A DNA stretch of 61,420 nt, taken from the NCBI GenBank assembly GCA_947448325.1, contig CANFMK010000001.1, positions 1 to 61,420 on the forward strand, written 5' to 3'. The notes beneath the pieces were generated by a model, which did no database searches, was not told where the DNA came from, and saw only the letters and a program-made list of their open reading frames with translations. The number at the start of each line of letters is the position of its first letter. The first letter of the stretch is position 1. Of the stretch, positions 39,521-49,167 are shown in pieces. Made by a program: the position numbers and the translations under genes. Origin of the DNA: Comamonadaceae bacterium. Its GTDB lineage: Bacteria; Pseudomonadota; Gammaproteobacteria; Burkholderiales; Burkholderiaceae_C.

Positions 39521-40489
39521 ATGAGTAAATTATTCAAAGACCTTTTCAGCATTGGCTTGTTTGTCGGTGTTGTAGCCGTGATTCCTATGCTCACCACATC
39601 GGGTGTCACACTGAATTTTGTGATGATGGCCCTGTTTGCATGCTTGATTGCGCAAGCCTGGAATGTGTTGGGTGGCTTTGGTGGCCAATTTTCATTTGGT
39701 CACGCCTTGTTCTTTGGCAGCGGTGCTTACTTTCAAGCCATTGCCCAAATTTCTTGGGGCTGGAATCCTTGGCTTGCTTTGCCCGGCGCCATGTTAGCAG
39801 CTGGTTTTGTGGGAGCATCGGTCGGCGCATTGTCTTTCAGGTATGGCCTGAAGGGCTCCTATTTCGCCTTGGTCACCTTGGCCTTTGCAGAGGTCTTTCG
39901 CATTGTGTCGCTGTCGGTGCCTTTCACAGGTGCTGGCGTAGGTTTGATGCTGCCGTTGCAGGAGTCGTCGATCAACATGCAGTTTAGCTCGCGCGCTGGT
40001 TTTGTCTGGCTGATTTTGGGTTTGGTGACTTTAGCGTTATGTGTTGCAGCCTATTTGCGCAACTCAAGGTTCGGCGCTTATTTGCAGGCCGTGCGTGATA
40101 ACGAAGATGCCGCACGCGCAGTAGGTGTCAATCCATTCCATGTCAAAACAAGCGCCACGGTGTTATCGGGTGCCTTGATGGGCTCGGCTGGTGCTTTTTA
40201 TGTGCAAGTTTTTCAGTACATTGATCCCGGCATTGGCTTTGGTTCCCACACCTCAGTAGAGGCTTTGGTGGGTGCCATTGTGGGTGGCATGGGCACTTTA
40301 TGGGGACCCGTTTTAGGGGCTTTGGTCTTGCATGTGCTTTCCGACTTAACACGCAATTTGTTTGGTCAAATGCCTGGCATCAACATGGTCATTTATGGCG
40401 CAGTCTTGATTGTCATTGTGATGTTTTTGCCCCGAGGCATTGCAGGCTTGAGTGCTTATTTGCCTAAATCATGGAGGCATTATGACTAA
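39521..40489 (+). CDS. ABC permease (LivM-like)
   Basis: 'WNVLGGFGGQFSFGHA', 'YFALVTLAFAE', 'AVRDNEDAA'. Confidence 0.92.
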   Translation: MSKLFKDLFSIGLFVGVVAVIPMLTTSGVTLNFVMMALFACLIAQAWNVLGGFGGQFSFGHALFFGSGAYFQAIAQISWGWNPWLALPGAMLAAGFVGASVGALSFRYGLKGSYFALVTLAFAEVFRIVSLSVPFTGAGVGLMLPLQESSINMQFSSRAGFVWLILGLVTLALCVAAYLRNSRFGAYLQAVRDNEDAARAVGVNPFHVKTSATVLSGALMGSAGAFYVQVFQYIDPGIGFGSHTSVEALVGAIVGGMGTLWGPVLGALVLHVLSDLTRNLFGQMPGINMVIYGAVLIVIVMFLPRGIAGLSAYLPKSWRHYD

Positions 40490-41243
40490 GCAGCCGACTT
40501 TGTTAGAGGTCCAAGGCATCAGTCATTCGTTTGGAGGATTGAAGGCCGTCCAAAATGTCAATCTGGCAGTGCCCCAAGGCTCTTTAACAGCCTTGATCGG
40601 CCCCAATGGCGCTGGGAAAACCACATTGTTTGCGCTGTTATCTGGTTTTTTAACGCCTGATTCAGGCCGCGTGATGTTCCAGGGTCAAGACATCACGGGA
40701 CAGGCCCCGCACCTCAATGCCAAACTGGGCATGACACGGACATTCCAAATTGTGCAGCCATTTGCCGCACAAACCGTGCGAGAAAACATTGCAGTGGGTG
40801 CGCATTTGCATACTTCATCGCGCGAACAAGCCTTAGCGACTGCAGAGATTGTGGCGCAACGCGTAGGCTTCACCGATCAACTCGACAAACTCTCCAGTGA
40901 TTTGACGGTAGCGGGTCGCAAACGATTAGAGCTGGCACGTGCCTTGGCAACTGAGCCTCAATTACTTTTATTAGACGAAGTGCTGGCAGGGTTGAATCCT
41001 CAAGAAATCGCCGAAATGATTCCGGTGGTTCGCGCCATAGCCGCCTCTGGTGTGACCGTGCTGATGATTGAGCATGTGATGCAAGCCGTCATGAGTTTGG
41101 CGCAGCATGTGTGGGTGTTGGCGCAAGGTCAATTGATTGCCGAAGGCTCCCCATCAGAGGTGACGCGACATTCCCAGGTGATTGAAGCCTATTTGGGCCA
41201 CGGAACTGCTGCAAGACTGCGCCAAGCAAAGGTTTCAGCATGA
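40482..41243 (+). CDS. ABC ATP-binding protein (LivG-like)
   Basis: GPNGAGKTT, RTFQ, LLLLDE, IEH. Confidence 0.92.
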   Translation: MTKQPTLLEVQGISHSFGGLKAVQNVNLAVPQGSLTALIGPNGAGKTTLFALLSGFLTPDSGRVMFQGQDITGQAPHLNAKLGMTRTFQIVQPFAAQTVRENIAVGAHLHTSSREQALATAEIVAQRVGFTDQLDKLSSDLTVAGRKRLELARALATEPQLLLLDEVLAGLNPQEIAEMIPVVRAIAASGVTVLMIEHVMQAVMSLAQHVWVLAQGQLIAEGSPSEVTRHSQVIEAYLGHGTAARLRQAKVSA

Positions 41244-41950
41244 ATGAAATTTTGAAGGTTGCGCAACTGCGCGCAGGCTATGGCGCGGTGGAAGTATTGC
41301 GTGGGGTGGACCTGACAGTCCATGCGGGCGAAACGGTGGCGCTGCTGGGCAGCAACGGCGCCGGCAAAACCACTTTGAATGGCGTGCTCAGCGGTTTAGT
41401 CAAGTCTCGCAGTGGTCAGGTGACTTTTGAAGGGAAAGACATCACGGGTTGGCACTCGCGCAAAGTGGTGCAAGCCGGTTTGATCCATGTGCCTGAAGGC
41501 CGCAAAATATTTCCCAATTTGAGTGTGTTGGAAAACTTGTACTTGGGAGCTTTTAAGCGTGGTCGTGAGAGGCGTGAAGCCAATTTAGCAAAGATATTGG
41601 ACATATTTCCACGCTTGCTTGAGAGAGAGAAACAACTGGCCGGTACCTTGAGCGGTGGCGAGCAACAAATGTTAGCCATTGGCCGCGGCTTAATGGCCGA
41701 GCCTCAACTTTTGATTTTGGATGAACCCTCTTTAGGCTTGTCTCCGCTTTTGGTGGAAGAAATGTTCAGCTTGATTGGTCAATTAAAGGCCAACGGCCTG
41801 GCGGTCTTGTTGGTGGAACAAAACGTAGGTCAATCACTTGAGATTGCCGATCGTGCTTATGTCATGGAAAACGGTTCTATTCGTTTCAGCGGTAAACCGG
41901 CTGAACTGTTGGCTAGCGACACATTGCGACAAGCGTATTTGGGCATGTGA
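41240..41950 (+). CDS. ABC ATP-binding protein (LivF-like)
   Basis: GSNGAGKTT, LSGGEQQML, 'DEPSLGL'. Confidence 0.92.
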   Translation: MNEILKVAQLRAGYGAVEVLRGVDLTVHAGETVALLGSNGAGKTTLNGVLSGLVKSRSGQVTFEGKDITGWHSRKVVQAGLIHVPEGRKIFPNLSVLENLYLGAFKRGRERREANLAKILDIFPRLLEREKQLAGTLSGGEQQMLAIGRGLMAEPQLLILDEPSLGLSPLLVEEMFSLIGQLKANGLAVLLVEQNVGQSLEIADRAYVMENGSIRFSGKPAELLASDTLRQAYLGM

Positions 41951-41954
41951 CCAG

Positions 41955-42938
41955 ATGCCTCAAATTCGAAGTTTTCTTTTCTTAATGAATTTCCTGGTGA
42001 TGGTTTGCGCCATCGCATTCAGCAGTGCCCACGCACAAACTTCTGCCACGGTCACTGCGCCTGTCCGTATCTTGGTCGGTGCGCCTGCTGGTGGCACAAC
42101 CGACACCATGGCCCGAACCTTGGCTCAGGCCTTGGGACAACACCTTGGCCGTGTGGTGATCGTTGAAAACAAGCCCGGTGCCGGTGGCAATTTAGCGGCC
42201 GAGATGGTGGCCAAAGCAAACCCGGATGGCAACACCTTGCTGATGAGCTTTACCAGCCATGCCATCAACGCGTCGCTCTACCCCAGTTTACCGTTTGACC
42301 CCATCCATGATTTCACACCCTTGACCATGGTGTCCACCTCACCTTCCGTACTGGTGGCTCACGCATCTTTGCCCGTCAAAAATGTGGCTGACTTGATCAA
42401 GTTAGCTAAAGAAAAACCTGGCCAACTCAACTTTGCGATTGGCGCCTTAGGCTCATCTCTACATTTGGCGGGGGACTCATTCAAGATGAAAGCGGGCGTT
42501 TTCATTGTGAATATTCCCTACCGCGGAACTGCTCCAGCTGTGCAAGATGTGATTGCGGGGCAAGTGGAGTTGATGTTTGCAGCGGTAGGCAATGCACAAG
42601 CGCACATCAAGTCCGGTAAATTGCGGGCCTTGGGAGTGACCAGCCAGAAGCGCTTGGCTGCGTTACCTGATGTGCCCGCCATCAGCGAAACCTTGCCTGG
42701 ATTTGAATCGAGTGCTTGGTTTGGCCTGTTTGCTCCGGGTCGCATGAATCCAGACTTGACCAAGCGATTGAGCGATGCGGCTCGCGTGGCCATTCAAATG
42801 CCAGAAGTGAAGCGTCGCATCGAAATGGAAGGTGCCATTCCCGTTGGCAGCAGTCCTCAAGAATTCTCTAAATTTGTAGAAAAAGAAATTGTGCACTGGC
42901 GCACGGTAGTTCACTACTCTGGAGCCAAACCAGAATGA
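41955..42938 (+). CDS. Tripartite tricarboxylate transporter substrate-binding protein (Bug/TctC)
   Basis: 'PAGGTTD', 'VENKPGAGG', 'PDGNTLL', 'IPYRG', 'LPDVP'. Confidence 0.92.
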   Translation: MPQIRSFLFLMNFLVMVCAIAFSSAHAQTSATVTAPVRILVGAPAGGTTDTMARTLAQALGQHLGRVVIVENKPGAGGNLAAEMVAKANPDGNTLLMSFTSHAINASLYPSLPFDPIHDFTPLTMVSTSPSVLVAHASLPVKNVADLIKLAKEKPGQLNFAIGALGSSLHLAGDSFKMKAGVFIVNIPYRGTAPAVQDVIAGQVELMFAAVGNAQAHIKSGKLRALGVTSQKRLAALPDVPAISETLPGFESSAWFGLFAPGRMNPDLTKRLSDAARVAIQMPEVKRRIEMEGAIPVGSSPQEFSKFVEKEIVHWRTVVHYSGAKPE

Positions 42939-44233
42939 GTTTTGTCCATGCATCCACAATCTCCCCTGGGACGACGCTGGCGCAAAAGCTCATTGCACGC
43001 GCCTCGGGCAAGTCACATGTGCAAGTGGGTGAAGTACTTACTTGTAGCGTCGATCTGGCCATGTTTCATGATTCATCTGGACCGCGCCGGCTCAAACCCA
43101 TGTTGGCTGAAATAGGTGCGCAAATTTGGGATCGCAACAAAGTGGTCTTGGTGCTTGATCATTACGTGCCAGCTCAAGATGCGGATTCACAAAAAATCAT
43201 TCAATTCACTCGTGATGTGGCTAAAGAATGGCATTTACCCCATGTGATTGACTCTGAAGGAATTTGTCACGTGGTCTTGCCTGAGCGCGGTCATTTGAAG
43301 CCTGGTTATTTTTGTGTCGGTGGTGATTCGCACTCACCCACAGGCGGTGCCTTTGGAACCTACATGTTTGGCATTGGTGCCACCGAAATGCTGGGCGTGG
43401 TGGCTACTGGTGAAATTTGGGTGCAAGTACCACAAACATTACGCATGGAGTGGTCTGGTGATTTGCAAAAAGGTGTGTGCGCCAAAGACATGATGCTGCA
43501 CATGATTGGCAAGTTCGGCATGAACGGGGGTAACTACCAGGCGGTGGAATTTGCAGGTGACACCATTCGCGGCTTTGATATGCAAGAGCGCATGACCTTG
43601 TCGAACATGAGTGCCGAGATGGGTGCACAAGTGGGCTTGATAGCAGCCGACGAGGTGACCAAACAGTATCTGAAATCAGTGGGCGTGACTGATTCACAAA
43701 TTGTTGACAGCCATTACTTTCAAACTGATGACGATGCAAACTGTCAGCGCTTTGCGTTTGATGCAAGGCAACTGAGTCCACAAATAGCCGCACCCCACAG
43801 CCCTGAAAACACGAAACCCGTTGCAGCCTTTTCTGACATCAAACCCACCGTGGCGTACATCGGTGCCTGTACGGGCGCCAAATTGACAGATTTACGCGCG
43901 GCTGCAGAAGTGTTGAAGGGTCGCAAAGTGGCAGCAGGCATTCAACTTTTGGTGGCGCCGGCCAGTGCGCGCGATCAAGCGCAAGCCGCACGAGAGGGCG
44001 TGATGCAAATTTTGACCGATGCAGGTGCCAGGGTGTTGCCCAATGCGTGTGGTGCTTGTGCGGGGTATGGCGCTACGTTTCAAGAAGGTGCCACCGTGAT
44101 TTCCAGTACGGCTCGTAACTTCCAAGGCCGCATGGGTCCCGCCAGTGTGCAAGTGTATTTGGCCTCCCCTTGGTCAGTAGCCGCTGCGGCAGTGACGGGC
44201 CACATTTCAGATGTGCGCGAGATGGTGTCATGA
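42935..44233 (+). CDS. LeuC/DmdA-like hydro-lyase large subunit (aconitase family, [4Fe-4S])
   Basis: 'DH', 'GICH', 'GGDSHS', 'IGACT', 'CGACAG', 'RNFQGRMG', 'YLASP'. Confidence 0.9.
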   Translation: MSFVHASTISPGTTLAQKLIARASGKSHVQVGEVLTCSVDLAMFHDSSGPRRLKPMLAEIGAQIWDRNKVVLVLDHYVPAQDADSQKIIQFTRDVAKEWHLPHVIDSEGICHVVLPERGHLKPGYFCVGGDSHSPTGGAFGTYMFGIGATEMLGVVATGEIWVQVPQTLRMEWSGDLQKGVCAKDMMLHMIGKFGMNGGNYQAVEFAGDTIRGFDMQERMTLSNMSAEMGAQVGLIAADEVTKQYLKSVGVTDSQIVDSHYFQTDDDANCQRFAFDARQLSPQIAAPHSPENTKPVAAFSDIKPTVAYIGACTGAKLTDLRAAAEVLKGRKVAAGIQLLVAPASARDQAQAAREGVMQILTDAGARVLPNACGACAGYGATFQEGATVISSTARNFQGRMGPASVQVYLASPWSVAAAAVTGHISDVREMVS

Positions 44234-44760
44234 GCGTACAAACATTCAAAACCCACAAAGTTTGGCGCGTAGGCTCCAATGTGGACACCGATGCATTGGC
44301 ACCCGGGGCCTATATGAAGCATGGCATGGATGTGATTGCCGCGCATTGTTTGGAAGTGATCCGCAGCGATTTTGCAAATGGCGTGAAATTTGGCGATGTG
44401 CTGGTGGCCGGTCCCAACTTTGGTATTGGCTCTTCCAGAGAACAAGCTGCTGGCGCTTTGAAGCATTTGGGTATTGCTGCTGTCATTGCACCTTCTTACA
44501 GTGGTTTGTTTTTCAGAAATGCGTTCAATTTGGGCTTGTTGTTGTTGACTTGTCCCGAAGCAGAAAGCCTGCAAGAAAATGACCAGGTGAACTTGCAATA
44601 CCCAGACAACACGCCACAAGTATGGACCACTGCGGGACGCGTGTTGAGTTGTTCACCTGTGCCAGCGTTTTTGATGGACATGGTGCATGCCGGTGGGCTC
44701 GTCAACGTACTGAAAAAACGCATGGCAAGCCTGCCTTCACAAGCCAGTTTGCAAACCTGA
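44230..44760 (+). CDS. LeuD/DmdB-like hydro-lyase small subunit
   Basis: 'NVDTD', 'NFGIGSSREQA', 'FFRNAFNLGL'. Confidence 0.92.
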   Translation: MSVQTFKTHKVWRVGSNVDTDALAPGAYMKHGMDVIAAHCLEVIRSDFANGVKFGDVLVAGPNFGIGSSREQAAGALKHLGIAAVIAPSYSGLFFRNAFNLGLLLLTCPEAESLQENDQVNLQYPDNTPQVWTTAGRVLSCSPVPAFLMDMVHAGGLVNVLKKRMASLPSQASLQT

Positions 44761-44770
44761 ATTTTTCGCA

Positions 44771-46474
44771 ATGAATGGAAATCCTATGAGTGAGCGAAAG
44801 CCGCCCCCCTCCCCTGCCCTGGACCCCGTGACCTTGGCGGTTTTGAAAGGGCGTTTAGAACAAGTGGCCGACGAGATGGACGCCACCCTGTATCGCAGCG
44901 CCTTCAACCCCATCATTGCCGAAGCGCATGATGCGTGCCATGGCATCTACGATGGAGAATCGGGCGACACCTTGGTGCAAGGTAAATCTGGCTTACCCGT
45001 ATTTGTTGGCGCGATGGCATTTGCCGTGCGAGCGGCGATAAAGGCAGCGGCCACGCGCGCAGGCATGCAAAACGGTGATATTTGGTTGTTCAACGATCCT
45101 TATGAAGGCGGCACGCACGCCAACGACTTTAAATTGGTTCGCCCGTTCTTTCGTGATGGCCATTTATTTTGTTTCTTGGCTTCAGCAGCGCATTGGCATG
45201 ATGTGGGCGGCGCAGTGCCAGGCAACTACAACCCCGCAGCCACCGAGTGTTGGCAAGAAGCCGTGCAAATTCCACCTGTGCGCATTTTGCGCGCGGGCAT
45301 ATTGGACGACGATGTCTTGGCCATTTTGCGGGCCAACACCCGTTTGCCCGACAGCCTCTGGGGTGATTTGAATGGCCAACTGGCCGCTTTAGAGTTGGGG
45401 GCCAAGCGCTTGGGTGATTTGCTCGATGAATACGGCGATGCCAAAGTAGCGCAATCCATGGTGGAGCTGCGCGCGCGCGCAGTGCGGTTGATGCGCTCAC
45501 ACATAGCCAGCCTGCCAGAGGGCTGCTACAGCTTTGAAGATGTGCTGGACAACGATGGGGTGGTGGATACCCCGCTCACCATTGCCTTGGACATGACCGT
45601 CAAGGGGGATCGGCTGACCTTGGATTTTTCGCGCACGTCTGCGCAGTGCGCCGGCCCCGTGAACATTTCCAAGGCCACGGCTGTGGCGGCCTGTTATGTG
45701 GCTCTGAAACACGTTTTCCCCGATGTGCCTGCGAATGCAGGTGTGCTTGACGCAGTGGACTTCATCATTCCTGATCGCTTAGTGATCAGTGCAGAACGCC
45801 CACGCCCGGTGGGTGGTTACACCGAAACCATTTTGCGCATGATCGATGTGATCTTCAGTGCCACGGCTCTGGCCGATCCCAAACGTGCAGTGGCGCATGC
45901 TTATGGCACCATCAATGCATTGTCGATTGCGGGGCATCGCACCGATGAAAAACGCAAAGGGCAACGCTGGGTGATGTTCAGCTTTTTTGGCGGAGGGCAT
46001 GGCGGCCACTCCGATGCCGATGGCTTGTCACACAGCAATGCGCCTATTTCAACTGCCACGATTCCACCATTGGAAATTCTGGAAGCGGCCTACCCCGTGC
46101 GCTTTACGCAGTGGGCTTTGCGAACCAACTCTGGCGGGGATGGACAACACCGCGGTGGCTTGGGTGCTATCTATGAAATTGAATTGCTCGAAGAATCGGC
46201 CGAGGCTTTTATTTTTGGGGAGCGCGGTAAAGCCTCGCCCAAAGGCATTGCCGGTGGGCTGCCTGCTTTGCCCAACGTCTTTGAATATGAAAACGAGGGC
46301 GTTTGGAAAACTCCGCCCATGGTCTCAAAGATGCTCGGTATTCGTTTGAAGAAAGGAGAGCGTGTGCGTTTGCAAACACCAGGTGGAGGTGGTTGGGGAA
46401 CGCCCGCCAATCGCAGCCCAGAAGCGCGTTCTAAAGACCTGGAAGAAGCCTACGTTTCAAAGGAAAAATCATGA
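44771..46474 (+). CDS. Hydantoinase B / 5-oxoprolinase family subunit
   Basis: 'LDPVTLAV', 'NDPYEGGTHAND', 'HWHDVGG..PG', 'TPGGGGWG'. Confidence 0.92.
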   Translation: MNGNPMSERKPPPSPALDPVTLAVLKGRLEQVADEMDATLYRSAFNPIIAEAHDACHGIYDGESGDTLVQGKSGLPVFVGAMAFAVRAAIKAAATRAGMQNGDIWLFNDPYEGGTHANDFKLVRPFFRDGHLFCFLASAAHWHDVGGAVPGNYNPAATECWQEAVQIPPVRILRAGILDDDVLAILRANTRLPDSLWGDLNGQLAALELGAKRLGDLLDEYGDAKVAQSMVELRARAVRLMRSHIASLPEGCYSFEDVLDNDGVVDTPLTIALDMTVKGDRLTLDFSRTSAQCAGPVNISKATAVAACYVALKHVFPDVPANAGVLDAVDFIIPDRLVISAERPRPVGGYTETILRMIDVIFSATALADPKRAVAHAYGTINALSIAGHRTDEKRKGQRWVMFSFFGGGHGGHSDADGLSHSNAPISTATIPPLEILEAAYPVRFTQWALRTNSGGDGQHRGGLGAIYEIELLEESAEAFIFGERGKASPKGIAGGLPALPNVFEYENEGVWKTPPMVSKMLGIRLKKGERVRLQTPGGGGWGTPANRSPEARSKDLEEAYVSKEKS

Positions 46475-48519
46475 GTCAGAAACGCTGGGTTGTCGGGGTG
46501 GATGTGGGCGGCACGTTTACCGATTTATTTCTGCTAGACGAGCAAAGTGGCACCGCACGAATTGTCAAAGTGCCTTCAACTCGCGGAGAGGAGTCGCGAG
46601 GTTTTATGAATGGTATTCAAAAAATCTCTGAAAATGGTTCTGCTTCGGGTGTGGCCAGCATTGTGCATGGCACAACAGTGGGCACCAATGCCTTACTGGA
46701 GCGTAAAGTAGCACGTACCGGCATCATCACCACGCGTGGTTTTCGGGATGTTTTGGAAATGCGCCGACGCGATCGCCCCCAAACCTGGGGTTTACGCGGC
46801 AGTTTCACACCCATCGTGCCACGCGCCTTGCGTTTGGAAGTGGACGAGCGCGTTTTAGCCGATGGGCAAATTCATACGCCTGTGGATATCGATCAAGTGA
46901 AGGCACAGGCACAAGCTTTGCTTGATGCTGGTTGTGAGGCAGTCTGTGTGTTCTTCATCAATGCCTACGCCAACATGACCAATGAGCAAGCTGCAGTGGC
47001 TGCTGTGCGCGCCATGTGGCCCAACCCGCACGTGACCGCGGCCTGTGAAGTTTTGCCCGAAATTCGCGAATTTGAACGTTGCTCTACAGCCACCTTGAAC
47101 GCAGCATTACAGCCAGTAGTGGGCAGCTACTTGACGCGTTTGGAATGTGATTTACGCAGCCAAGGCTTTGAAGGCGAATTGCTCATTGTGCAAAGTAATG
47201 GCGGTGTGATGTCTCGCCAAACGGCTTGCGATGTGCCCGTGAGAACAGCATTATCGGGGCCTGCAGCAGGCGTTATGGCATGTGCTGCAATTGCGCGCGC
47301 AGCCGGTTATCCCAATGTCATGACAGGCGATATGGGAGGTACTTCGTTTGATGTGTCATTGGTGGCCAACAGCGACGCCGCCCTGTCCGCACAAACATCC
47401 ATTGAATTTGGTTTGGTGGTGCGTTCACCCATGATTCAAATTGAAACCATTGGCGCGGGAGGTGGCTCCATTGCCAGCGTGGATGCCAGTGGCATGTTGC
47501 AAGTAGGCCCCGAGTCCGCAGGTAGCGTGCCAGGTCCGGCTTGCTACGACCGCGGCAACATGCGGCCCACAGTCACCGATGCCAATGTATTTTTGGGCCG
47601 TATTTCAGCCGATCGCCCCTTGGGAGGGGGCTTGTTGCAAGCCCTGCGCGCTGATTTGTCAGAACAATCCATTCAAGAGCATGTTGCAAAACCTTTGGGA
47701 CTGAGCACATTGGAAGCGGCTGAAGCCATATTGACCGTGGCCAACGCCAAAATGGCTGGTGCGGTACGCGTGGTCTCCATAGAAAAAGGACACGACCCCC
47801 GACAATTTGCCTACATGCCTTTTGGCGGTGGCGGCGGTTTGCATGTGTGCGCAATGATGCGCGAAGTGGGTGCGGCCACAGGCATCGTACCGCGCTACCC
47901 CGGTGTCACATCAGCCTTAGGTTGTGTCATGGCAGACATGCGACATGACGCGGTACAAACCTTGAACCAGGCACTGAGCGATGTCGATTTCAAAGAAGTC
48001 TTATCACGCATTGATCAATTGGCAGAAACTTGCCAAACCCGTTTAGATTCAGCGGGTGTGCGTTTTGTGGCTGTCGAGGAAGATATCTCCCTCGACATGT
48101 TGTTCACGGGCCAAACGCATACTTTGCAAGTGAAAGTGCAACGCTCGCAATTGACTGCTGCGGCGCTGCACCAAGCGTTCATCGATGCGTATCAAAATGC
48201 CTTTGGCCGTGTGCTTGAAGGCCCGGCCATTCGCGTGATGAATTTGCGCTACGCCCGTATTGGTCGTCGACCTAAATTTGACTTGACTGTGTTGGCACCC
48301 GTGGGTACAGGCAGTACGCAACCCTTGGGCATTCAGCGTGTGTATCACCAAGGGCAGTGGTGGAATGCTCAGCGCTATGCGCGTTTAGATTTGCCTGTTG
48401 GCGCTCAAGTGCAAGGCCCCTCCATTTTGGAGCAAGCAGACACTACAGTTTGGTTAGAGCCTGGCTTTGAAGCCAAAGTCGATGCGATGGGTAATCTGCT
48501 GGTCACAGCGCAATTTTGA
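46471..48519 (+). CDS. Hydantoinase A / 5-oxoprolinase family subunit (ATP-binding)
   Basis: 'GVDVGGTFTD', 'HGTTVGTNALLE', 'SGPAAG', 'DMGGTSFD', 'IGAGGGSIA'. Confidence 0.93.
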   Translation: MSQKRWVVGVDVGGTFTDLFLLDEQSGTARIVKVPSTRGEESRGFMNGIQKISENGSASGVASIVHGTTVGTNALLERKVARTGIITTRGFRDVLEMRRRDRPQTWGLRGSFTPIVPRALRLEVDERVLADGQIHTPVDIDQVKAQAQALLDAGCEAVCVFFINAYANMTNEQAAVAAVRAMWPNPHVTAACEVLPEIREFERCSTATLNAALQPVVGSYLTRLECDLRSQGFEGELLIVQSNGGVMSRQTACDVPVRTALSGPAAGVMACAAIARAAGYPNVMTGDMGGTSFDVSLVANSDAALSAQTSIEFGLVVRSPMIQIETIGAGGGSIASVDASGMLQVGPESAGSVPGPACYDRGNMRPTVTDANVFLGRISADRPLGGGLLQALRADLSEQSIQEHVAKPLGLSTLEAAEAILTVANAKMAGAVRVVSIEKGHDPRQFAYMPFGGGGGLHVCAMMREVGAATGIVPRYPGVTSALGCVMADMRHDAVQTLNQALSDVDFKEVLSRIDQLAETCQTRLDSAGVRFVAVEEDISLDMLFTGQTHTLQVKVQRSQLTAAALHQAFIDAYQNAFGRVLEGPAIRVMNLRYARIGRRPKFDLTVLAPVGTGSTQPLGIQRVYHQGQWWNAQRYARLDLPVGAQVQGPSILEQADTTVWLEPGFEAKVDAMGNLLVTAQF

Positions 48520-48552
48520 AACAAGTACCCCCTCAGTGAAGAAAGTTTTGTC

Positions 48553-49167
48553 ATGACGCAGCATTCAGAGATCGCGGTAGCACGCACCGCCTTGATCATT
48601 GTGGATTTACAAAACGACTTTTTATCGCCCGAAGGTGCCTATGCGAGGGGAAATACCGTCAGTCAAGAAGCCTTGTTGTTGCCTGCAAGGATTGCGCCTG
48701 TTGCCAGGGCGTTGAAAGCACAGGGAGGTTATGTGGCGGCCAGTCAATTTACCCTCTGGCCAGACGCCAAAGGTGAACCGATGGTGTCGCCTCACTTGCG
48801 GGAAAAACGCCCATTCCTGCGCAAAGGTGATTTCGCGCCTGGCAGTGTCGGCCAAGCCAATATGCCTCAACTCATTGACTGTGTTGACTTGGTGGTTTGT
48901 AAAGTAGCGTACTCGGCATTTTTCAACACCCAACTGGATTGGGTCTTGAGAAAAGCCAGCATCGAGTCAGTGGTGGTATGCGGCATCGTTACCAACGGGG
49001 GTGTGGCCAGCACAGCGCGCGATGCACATCTGCATGATTACAACGTAGTAGTTTTGAGCGATGGCTGTGCCGCCTTCAGCGATGCACTGCATCAAGCCTC
49101 ATTGGCCGACTTGGCATCCATTGGCAAAGTCATGACTTGCGACCAATTCATCAGTAGCTTGGTATGA
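48553..49167 (+). CDS. Isochorismatase-family hydrolase with Gly in place of the catalytic Cys
   Basis: 'ALIIVDLQNDF', 'K.AYSAF..T.LD..LR', 'GIVTNGGVASTARDA'. Confidence 0.88.
   Translation: MTQHSEIAVARTALIIVDLQNDFLSPEGAYARGNTVSQEALLLPARIAPVARALKAQGGYVAASQFTLWPDAKGEPMVSPHLREKRPFLRKGDFAPGSVGQANMPQLIDCVDLVVCKVAYSAFFNTQLDWVLRKASIESVVVCGIVTNGGVASTARDAHLHDYNVVVLSDGCAAFSDALHQASLADLASIGKVMTCDQFISSLV

Noticed and set aside
42935-44760. leuC/leuD of leucine biosynthesis
   Set aside because: No leuB, short DmdA/archaeal-type subunits and a catabolic context, so gene symbols were withheld.
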